Shown: piece after piece, positions 1 through 6,867 of the stretch
How the letters are laid out: each line of letters starts with the position of its first letter
How positions within the stretch are numbered: position 1 is the stretch's first letter
Origin: Gammaproteobacteria bacterium
Lineage (GTDB): Bacteria; Pseudomonadota; Gammaproteobacteria; GCA-001735895
Assembly (NCBI GenBank): GCA_050298595.1
Contig: JBNKUM010000108.1
Coordinates: 1 to 51,306 of the forward strand
DNA: 51,306 bases
Direction of reading: 5' to 3'
Translations under genes and position numbers: made by a program
Notes under the pieces: generated by a model
Databases searched by the model: none
Seen by the model: only the letters and a program-made list of their open reading frames with translations
Told to the model about the DNA's origin: nothing

Positions 1-696
1 AGCGGCTGCATAAGTCGCTGATGCAGTGAGAGAGCCTATGCCCAGGATTTCATCTAAGCGCTGGCAGATTTCATTGTCTTGATTCATCTGCTTAATCCGT
101 TGTTCGCAGGCTTCGAAACGTTGATTGAGCCCCTGTAATTCACCATAAAGCTCGGCGAACAACTCTCGGGCTAAGGGGGTTAAGCCATTCTCAGCATCTT
201 CCAGAATATCCGGTAAACCCTGACTCACTGATCGTATCCCTTTGTGGATGGCGACTCCGTATTCTGCCAATAGTCCTCGAACCTGATTGGCCAGTGCATT
301 GCGTTCTTTTTTGATGCGCTCTCGTTGCCGATGAAAGTTCTGAACATCCTGCTGTTCTATCGATTTGATCGGGACGAAGCGCATCGTCGGACGTTGTGCT
401 GCTTCGGCTATCGCTTCTGCATCGTTGTAATCATTTTTGTTGCCTTTCACGAAAGGCTTGACATATTGAGGGGTTATCAATTTAACCTCGTGCCCCAGCT
501 TCTTAAAGGCTCTTGCCCAATAGTGAGCACTACCGCAAGCTTCCATAACGATCAGACAGGGTTCTATGTTGGCCATATAGGGCATAACCTGATTTCGTTT
601 GAGTTGCTTCTTTTTCAATAAATGGCTTGTTTTACTCTGGGTAATTAAATGAAACACAGTCTTTGCTATATCCAGCCCAATTGTTGTAGTCTTCAT
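1..696 (-). CDS. IS110-family (IS1111-like) transposase, N-terminal 232 aa; runs off the window start
   Basis: Not in the ORF track. Manual translation from ATG at 696: MKTTTIGLDIAKTVFH...IVMEACGSAHYWAR...PQYVKPFVKGNKNDYNDAEAIAEAA.RPTMRFVP, the DEDD RuvC-like motifs of IS110 transposases; no stop to base 1. Confidence 0.93.
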   Translation of the reverse strand, partial: MKTTTIGLDIAKTVFHLITQSKTSHLLKKKQLKRNQVMPYMANIEPCLIVMEACGSAHYWARAFKKLGHEVKLITPQYVKPFVKGNKNDYNDAEAIAEAAQRPTMRFVPIKSIEQQDVQNFHRQRERIKKERNALANQVRGLLAEYGVAIHKGIRSVSQGLPDILEDAENGLTPLARELFAELYGELQGLNQRFEACEQRIKQMNQDNEICQRLDEILGIGSLTASATYAAA

Positions 697-787
697 TTCG
701 ATCCACTCCGCTTTTTAAATGGTTGTTAACGTTTCCATTTTGGCTCTTTTGAAGCCGGTATGAAAGTGGAGTGGGTCCATACCATTA
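697..787 (-). mobile_element. Left non-coding end of the IS1111-type element
   Basis: Minus strand begins TAATGGT-ATGGACCCACTCCAC, i.e. a 7-nt terminus followed by an ATGG-starting subterminal repeat as in IS1111/IS4321-type left ends. Confidence 0.65.
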
Positions 788-1255
788 TCCATCCATGCAG
801 TCGTGCACAAAGCTTCCGCTCCTGCTCACGCTCCTTACCTACGTCCATGTAGGCAACCTCTGCATTTACCATCCCGCAGTGATCTGGTTGGGCTTCGTCA
901 TGTTGGACCCAAATCGCTTCGCGGGGCCGGCTCTACTGACTCGCCCTGCGGTTCGGCCTGATGCAGTTGATTCGCAACATCCCTGTCGCTCACCCTTCGG
1001 GCCAGCTATCGCTGTTTAATATTGCTCCAGGCAATATTGATCTGTTCGTAGGCCCGCAGATTTGCACTCGGGCTTGACCGCCAGGGATGGTGGAAATGCA
1101 GATATTGCAGGACGCAATATATCTGTCTTTCCCACACTCTTCACAGAGCTGCAGTTGCCGTCGGCTAGTACTTTTTAAAGTATTCATTTATGATTACTCC
1201 CAGATAATGTACAGGGGACTTTCACCCCATAAGATCGTGCCCATGCCGGGCACAC
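788..1255 (-). ncRNA. Group IIC(-attC) intron, 5' ribozyme part, interrupted by small inserts and by the IS110 element
   Basis: Minus strand starts GTGTGCCCGGCATGGGCACGATCTTATGGGGTGAAAGTCCCCTGTAC, a typical IIC 5' end with a GGGG-TGAAA-GTCCCC hairpin; later blocks (GTACTAGCCGACGGCAAC, AAGCCCGAGTGCAAA, ACGAACAGA, GGTAAATGC) resemble IIC domains I-III; inserted after TTGT on the bottom strand of an attC site. Confidence 0.8.
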
Positions 1256-1333
1256 ACAATCACATGGACTCGGACAGCAAAAAGCGCCGCTCGTTCCTCG
1301 CTTCGCTTTTTGCTGCCGGTGATGTGAAGCGTT
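1256..1333 (+). mobile_element. attC integron recombination site (R'' split by the intron)
   Basis: ACAAT-CACATGGACTCGGAC-AGCAAAAAGCG...CGCTTTTTGCT-GCCGGTGATGTG-AAGC-GTT: long imperfect palindrome with L''/L' arms and terminal GTT. Confidence 0.75.
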
Positions 1334-1500
1334 GAGGCTGTAGGAAAACCTGTGGATAACTTTTCTATGTTAAAAAGTGAAGAGGAGAGTCGCCTCAAAT
1401 TTTCTTTGCAGTGGTTTAAGCAGTAAAAGATTTACGTACAGTTCCATTTTTCGGCGATTATTTTGCTCGAATTTTGGGGTCGATGTTTTTCTACACTCTC
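1334..1500. mobile_element. MITE with 16-bp imperfect TIRs (IS1182-like termini) inserted at the attC GTT
   Basis: GAGGCTGTAGGAAAAC (1334-1349) vs reverse complement of GTTTTTCTACACTCTC (1485-1500); GTT on both flanks (1331-1333, 1501-1503); family assignment is tentative. Confidence 0.65.
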
Positions 1501-1712
1501 GTTAGTGAACGTCCGCTTCGGGTTGACAGCGGTCATACACAACATTTTTTGGAATGTCTGCTATCTGGAAGTTAAGTTGGTAAATCTAAAAATAAGATGC
1601 AGATTTCCTGGTAAATCCAGAGTTAGCAATTTTCAATCCAGGTTTAACCACTGAAAATCTACTTTTGGGTGTGTTTCTCTGAGCTTCATGTAAACAGAAT
1701 AAACTTTATTGT

Positions 1713-3095
1713 CTATCCCAGCTTGCGCACACGAAACTTACGTCCCTTGATCTTGCCTTCGCTGAGAATTTTCAGCGCCTGTTTGGCGATGGGTCGCTCA
1801 ACAGCAACATAAGCCAGTTTGTCGAAGATATCGATTTTACCTATCTGTTTGCCGGGCAGGGCGGTATTGGCGGTGAGAGCGCCTAGTATGTCTCCGGCTC
1901 GAACCTTGTCTTTACGTCCGCCGCTAATCTGTAATGTCACCATCGGAGGACTGAGCCTGAAATTCTCTCGCATCTTGAGTTTTGAGGTGTTTTCTATTGT
2001 GACAGGGGTCTTCTGGAAGTCTTCAATCGCACTCACCCGACTGACCTCAGAGGGCATGAACAGACTGAGAGCCAGACCCTGATTACCCGCGCGTCCGGTG
2101 CGACCTATGCGGTGTATATGTACCTCAGGGTCATAAGCCAGGTCATAGTTGATGACTGCACTGAGGTCTTTAATGTCCAGTCCGCGTGCGGCGACATCGG
2201 TAGCAACCAGTATCGAACTGCTTTTATTCGAGAACTGTACCAGCACCTGATCGCGTTGCTGTTGCTCCAGATCACCGTGTAAGGCGATGGCATGGAAGCC
2301 CTCTTCCCAGAGTTGCTCAGCCAGCTCCTGGCATTGTTGCTTTCGATTGCAAAATACCACCGTAGATTCGGGGCGGTAATGATGTAGTAGGGCAATCAGT
2401 GATTGCAGGCGCTCTCCTTTATTGATTTCATAGAATATCTGTCGGATGTCTTTATCGTTGTGCAGGCTTTCCACCTGAATATCCACTGGTTTGTTCTGAA
2501 TATTCTGGCTGATGTGTTTTATCTCATCTGGAAAGGTGGCGGAAAATAGCATCAATTGCCGATTGGAAGGGGCTGCATCGATGATCTCCAGCATTTCTTC
2601 GTAAAAGCCCATGTCCAGCATACGATCAGCTTCATCCAGAACCAGAGCTTTAAGCTGGTCAATTTGAAGAGACTGTTTCTTTAAGTGCTTGATAATCCGA
2701 CCCGGTGTGCCAACCACGATATGCGGGCTGAACTCCAGTGAGGCGAGTTGTGGACCGATTGGGGTTCCGCCGCACAGGGTGAGAATACGGGTATTGGGTA
2801 TCGAGCGCGCCAGGCGACGGATTTCCTTGCTAACCTGATCGGCCAGTTCACGTGTTGGGCACAGCACCAGTGCCTGAGTAAAGGCATCGCGGGTATCTAT
2901 GGTCTGTAACAACGAGATAGCAAAGGCAGCTGTTTTACCGCTACCTGTTTTGGCCTGCGCCTGTATATCCTTGCCCTGTAGTAACACCGGTAGGCTTAGC
3001 GCCTGAATAGGCGTCATCGTGTGGTATTCCAGTGCAGTCAAATTGGCTAGAAAGTCGGTCGATAGATCGAGCGAGGCAAAGTCGTTAGCAGTCAT
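1713..3095 (-). CDS. dbpA: ATP-dependent RNA helicase DbpA
   Basis: Q motif, AKTGSGKT, PTRELA, DEAD, SAT, HRIGRTGR and C-terminal DbpA RNA-binding domain (GGRKDKVRAGDILGAL). Confidence 0.93.
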   Translation of the reverse strand: MTANDFASLDLSTDFLANLTALEYHTMTPIQALSLPVLLQGKDIQAQAKTGSGKTAAFAISLLQTIDTRDAFTQALVLCPTRELADQVSKEIRRLARSIPNTRILTLCGGTPIGPQLASLEFSPHIVVGTPGRIIKHLKKQSLQIDQLKALVLDEADRMLDMGFYEEMLEIIDAAPSNRQLMLFSATFPDEIKHISQNIQNKPVDIQVESLHNDKDIRQIFYEINKGERLQSLIALLHHYRPESTVVFCNRKQQCQELAEQLWEEGFHAIALHGDLEQQQRDQVLVQFSNKSSSILVATDVAARGLDIKDLSAVINYDLAYDPEVHIHRIGRTGRAGNQGLALSLFMPSEVSRVSAIEDFQKTPVTIENTSKLKMRENFRLSPPMVTLQISGGRKDKVRAGDILGALTANTALPGKQIGKIDIFDKLAYVAVERPIAKQALKILSEGKIKGRKFRVRKLG

Positions 3096-3352
3096 GTGGA
3101 TCCAGTATGGAGGTGGTTATAAGAAGCGCCATCAGGCAGGTGCCTATAATAACAGAATAAATTTTCGTGAACTTTATTTGTGTGGCTCATTAACCCGGCA
3201 ATGATTTATATGAAGTTCAGTGCGTTTGTTCGCGAGCAGTGTTAGCAGCTGTCACCGTGCTTTAGAGAAACGTCCAGAGTAATTTTGTCCAGAGATTTAT
3301 CGTAATGAATGATCCAGCCCTGTTCCTGTGTGGTGACTACTGAACTAATGCT

Positions 3353-3647
3353 CGAGTTGAAGTGTGCGTTTGCGATGCTGGAGATCAAGGCGTGACGACG
3401 CGGAATAGCGGACTATTCCAGGGAGTTACAAGGCTTCCTTACCTATGTCCCTATATGCAAGGCTTCCGCGTCCTGCTCACGCCCCTTACCTATGTCCCTA
3501 TAGGTAATGCAGAGATACGCCGCCTCAAACGTGCAATTTAGCTCGTAGCGGGATTTCACCTGCTGGGTGAAAGATAAATCTACTGTAATGCTCTACGAAA
3601 CAGTGGGGTGCCCTCTAACGCGAGCGGTCAACTGCGGAATCCAGGTT
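3353..3647. repeat. Composite palindromic MITE-like repeat carrying 1.6 copies of a 47-bp mini-element
   Basis: Core GATCAAGGCGTGACGACGCGGAATAGCGGACTATTCC and terminus AACTGCGGAATCCAGG shared with 6600-6698 and 11955-12049; 47-bp unit at 3461-3507, partial at 3432-3460. Confidence 0.75.
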
Positions 3648-3740
3648 CAGGCGTAGTGTTTGCTGTGAGTGATTAGTTTTTATGTCTTATAATTGGCTAT
3701 TCCATAACTTGATAGCACGCGAGCCTTATTCAATCATGGT

Positions 3741-5291
3741 ATGACGCTTGATATGACTAACCAGAACCTTTACCTGCGCCTTTCTGGCGATCGCTTTAAG
3801 CATGCTGGAGAGCGTCCATTTTTGATGACTCCAGGTCGGGCCCCGTTGATGTATGCCAGTCTTGATGCGGTCTGTGGAAAGATACAAAGCCGTTTGCAGG
3901 CACTAGGCGTTGAGCCCGGTGATAGAGTGATGGTGCAGCTTGACAAGTCAGCTGAAGCCGTTGTGCTGTACCTTGCCTGTTTGCGTGCTGGCGCTATATA
4001 CATCCCGCTGAACACGGCCTATACCACTGCCGAAGTGGAATACTTTATGAGAGATGCTGAACCCAGAGTGTTTGTCTGCCAGCCTGATTCACTGGATAAG
4101 CTAAAGGCTGTAGCAGAACAAGTGAGTGTGCCGCATGTGTTGACGCTAGATACTGAGGGGCAAGGTAGCTTTGTGCAGGGCCTTGATCAGGCTGATCCGA
4201 ATCCGCAAGTGGTTCAGTGTCGTGCTGATGACCTTGCTGCAATCCTGTATACCTCAGGCACGACCGGGCGCTCCAAGGGGGCCATGCTGAGTCATGCCAA
4301 TCTGCAATCGAATGCCGAAGAACTGCATAGCTACTGGCAATGGCAGGATGATACTGATGTGCTGTTACATGCCTTACCTGTCTTTCATGTACACGGGCTT
4401 TTTGTCGCATTGCACTGTGCTTTGCTGGGTGCTGCTCCGGTACACTTTTTGACGCGTTTTAATGTGGAGCAAGTCATCAGCTTGCTGCCTGAATCTAGCG
4501 TGATGATGGGAGTGCCCACTTTTTACACCCGCTTACTTGATAGCCGGGATTTCAATGCAGATGCCTGCAGCAATATGCGTTTGTTCATTTCTGGCTCAGC
4601 CCCGTTACTGGCGGAAACCCATCGTGAATTTGAAGCGCGTACCGGACATAGAATCCTGGAACGTTATGGTATGACTGAGACAGGCATGATTACCTCCAAC
4701 CCCTATGAGGGTGAGCGCGTCGCTGGCACTGTGGGGTTTGCACTGCCCGGTATTCAAGTACGCATCGCCGATGAGCAGGGTAAGGAACTGCCTCGTGGCG
4801 AAACCGGTGTGCTGGAATTGATCGGTCCAAATGTATTCAGGGGCTACTGGCGTATGCCTGAGAAAACTGCGGATGAATTTCGTGCGGATGGCTGGTTTAT
4901 TACCGGAGATATGGCGACGATGGATGCATCGGGAAGAATCTGTATTGTGGGTCGTGCAAAGGACCTGATTATTTCAGGCGGCTATAACATCTACCCTAAA
5001 GAAATCGAGGTTGAGATCGATGACATCCCTGGCGTGCGTGAATCCGCAGTGATTGGTCTGCCACATCTGGACTTCGGTGAAGCTGTGGCCGCAGTGGTTG
5101 TGCCGGATGGCAGTTGTACTCTGGCTGAGGCTGATATCATTCAAGCCTTACAGGATAAACTTGCAAGATTCAAACAACCCAGGCGTGTGTTTCTTGTCGC
5201 TGAACTACCACGCAATACCATGGGTAAGGTGCAAAAGGTACAATTGCGTGAAACCTACAAAGATTCATTCCAATCCAGAGAAGCGAATTAA
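3741..5291 (+). CDS. matB: Malonyl-CoA synthetase (malonate--CoA ligase), AMP-binding family
   Basis: YTSGTTGRSKG, HALPVFHVHGLFVA, MMGVPTFYTRLL, SGSAPL, ERYGMTE, GRAKDLIISGGYNIYPKE, PRNTMGKVQK match the MatB/ACSF3 clade; start may be 3753. Confidence 0.85.
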   Translation: MTLDMTNQNLYLRLSGDRFKHAGERPFLMTPGRAPLMYASLDAVCGKIQSRLQALGVEPGDRVMVQLDKSAEAVVLYLACLRAGAIYIPLNTAYTTAEVEYFMRDAEPRVFVCQPDSLDKLKAVAEQVSVPHVLTLDTEGQGSFVQGLDQADPNPQVVQCRADDLAAILYTSGTTGRSKGAMLSHANLQSNAEELHSYWQWQDDTDVLLHALPVFHVHGLFVALHCALLGAAPVHFLTRFNVEQVISLLPESSVMMGVPTFYTRLLDSRDFNADACSNMRLFISGSAPLLAETHREFEARTGHRILERYGMTETGMITSNPYEGERVAGTVGFALPGIQVRIADEQGKELPRGETGVLELIGPNVFRGYWRMPEKTADEFRADGWFITGDMATMDASGRICIVGRAKDLIISGGYNIYPKEIEVEIDDIPGVRESAVIGLPHLDFGEAVAAVVVPDGSCTLAEADIIQALQDKLARFKQPRRVFLVAELPRNTMGKVQKVQLRETYKDSFQSREAN

Positions 5292-5293
5292 TA

Positions 5294-5731
5294 ATGACCA
5301 GAGATGAGCTAGAGCAGCGTATCCGACAGGGTATTCCCCTGTCGGCGCAAATGGATTTTCGAGTGCTTGATCTGAGCCCTAACTCGATTCAGGTGCGAGG
5401 TGGCGGACAGCAAAATATCAATGTTCATGGTACAGCCTTTGCAGGATCACTTTATACCGTATGCACACTGGCAGCCTGGGGTCTGGTTAGTTCTCATCTG
5501 CCAGAACAGGCATCGCTGGTGATGGCTGAAGGAACAATCCGTTATCGTAAGCCGGTAGTTGGCGATCTTCTGGCCAGTTGTGAAGTATCGAGTCGTGAAA
5601 TGGATAGTTTTCTCAATTCATTGAATCAACGGGGTAAGGCGCGTCTGGTGGCAACGGTTTCAGTACCGTGTAATGGAGAAATTGCTGTGAAATTTTCGGG
5701 TACCCTTTATGCAAGCATAAATAAAGCCTGA
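5294..5731 (+). CDS. YiiD_C hot-dog-fold protein (MadB-like malonyl-thioester decarboxylase / thioesterase)
   Basis: IPLSAQM...NINVHGTAFAGSLYTVCTLAAWG...IRYRKPV is the YiiD C-terminal domain pattern; starts 2 nt after the matB stop. Confidence 0.8.
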   Translation: MTRDELEQRIRQGIPLSAQMDFRVLDLSPNSIQVRGGGQQNINVHGTAFAGSLYTVCTLAAWGLVSSHLPEQASLVMAEGTIRYRKPVVGDLLASCEVSSREMDSFLNSLNQRGKARLVATVSVPCNGEIAVKFSGTLYASINKA

Positions 5732-5823
5732 TCTAAATGAATCATAGCCGAGATGTGAATGGCTTTGACCCTAAATAAGCCCGGTCAGAAAAAGCCCAGG
5801 CCTTTTTCCCTGGAGTATTTTTA

Positions 5824-6582
5824 ATGGAATACAGTTTTGAAATTCTACTGTTCCTGTTTTTTGTGGCCATGCTGGCAGGGTGGGTGGATACCATTGCTGG
5901 TGGCGGTGGTTTACTGACTTTACCGGCCATGCTTTTATGCGGGGTCCCCCCGGCGGTAACTATAGCCACCAATAAAATGCAGGGCAGTAGTGGTACCTTT
6001 ATAGCTGCACTCTATTTCATCAGAAAGGGAGCCGTTAATTTGAAAGAAATGCGGCTTTCAATATTAATGACTTTTCTGGGTTCGATGCTAGGGAGCTGGT
6101 TAATACTGAAATTTAATCCAGAATTTCTTCTGCAATTTATACCGGTGATTTTAATTCTAGTAGGCCTGTATTTTCTGTTCGCGCCCAGAATTTCTGATCT
6201 TGACCGCGAACGCCGAATGGGAGTTATCGTCTTCTCTTTGCTTATCTGCCCTCTGCTTGGTTTTTATGATGGTTTTTTTGGACCGGGGACAGGCAGTTTT
6301 ATGGCGCTCGCACTCGTGACTCTATGTGGATATGGGCTGCCCAAAGCTACCGCTAATACGAAGATATTGAATTTCACCAGTAATATTTCAGCATTAATGT
6401 ACTTCATCTTATTCGGTGAAATTGCGTGGAAGGTTGGAGCGGTGATGATTGTTGGGCAGATGATAGGGGCTACGCTGGGAGCAAAAATGGTCGTTGAAAT
6501 TGGGTCTAGACTGATTAAGCCGGTAATCGTAATAGTATGTTTTGCAATGGCTTCAAGGATACTTTGGCAATCATTTAGCTGA
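5824..6582 (+). CDS. TSUP (TauE/SafE, YfcA-like) transporter
   Basis: AGWVDTIAGGGGLLTLP, ATNK, GFYDGFFGPGTGSF motifs; hydrophobic, 252 aa. Confidence 0.88.
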   Translation: MEYSFEILLFLFFVAMLAGWVDTIAGGGGLLTLPAMLLCGVPPAVTIATNKMQGSSGTFIAALYFIRKGAVNLKEMRLSILMTFLGSMLGSWLILKFNPEFLLQFIPVILILVGLYFLFAPRISDLDRERRMGVIVFSLLICPLLGFYDGFFGPGTGSFMALALVTLCGYGLPKATANTKILNFTSNISALMYFILFGEIAWKVGAVMIVGQMIGATLGAKMVVEIGSRLIKPVIVIVCFAMASRILWQSFS

Positions 6583-6599
6583 AATAAATTAAGGCAGCC

Positions 6600-6698
6600 C
6601 TGTAACTCCCTGGAATCGCCTGCTATTACGCATCGTCGCGCCTTGATCTATACCACCACAAACGCATTACAATTCGGCCAACTGCAGATTCCAGGATT
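6600..6698. repeat. Partial copy of the MITE-like repeat, without the 47-bp insert
   Basis: TGTAACTCCCTGGAATCGCCTGCTATT...GCCTTGATCT...CAAACGCA...AACTGCAGATTCCAGGAT matches 11953-12049. Confidence 0.7.
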
Positions 6699-6736
6699 AA
6701 GGATTACCAACTTCATTTTACTGATACTGGTTCCCC

Positions 6737-6752
6737 TGTGATGTCACTCACA
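6737..6752. promoter_or_regulatory. CRP/Vfr-type binding site
   Basis: TGTGA-TGTCAC-TCACA, perfect TGTGA-N6-TCACA, about 115 nt upstream of the Ig-repeat gene. Confidence 0.65.
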
Positions 6753-6867
6753 AAACTTAATTAAAACAATCAATTAAATACTGCTATCCTCAAAAAATTT
6801 GATATAAGTCCTGATAATTAGCGAAACTGAAACTATGCTTAACTGAGTTTTAATCATTGAGCGTGTT

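Noticed and set aside
697-787. Bridge RNA in the IS110 left end
   Set aside because: Only about 90 nt, and the end looks IS1111-type, where the guide RNA normally lies downstream of the transposase, outside the window
325-1654. Short ORFs 325-621, 771-1019, 990-1187, 1087-1335 and 1463-1654 as genes
   Set aside because: Antisense to the transposase or running through intron, attC and MITE sequence; no recognisable motifs
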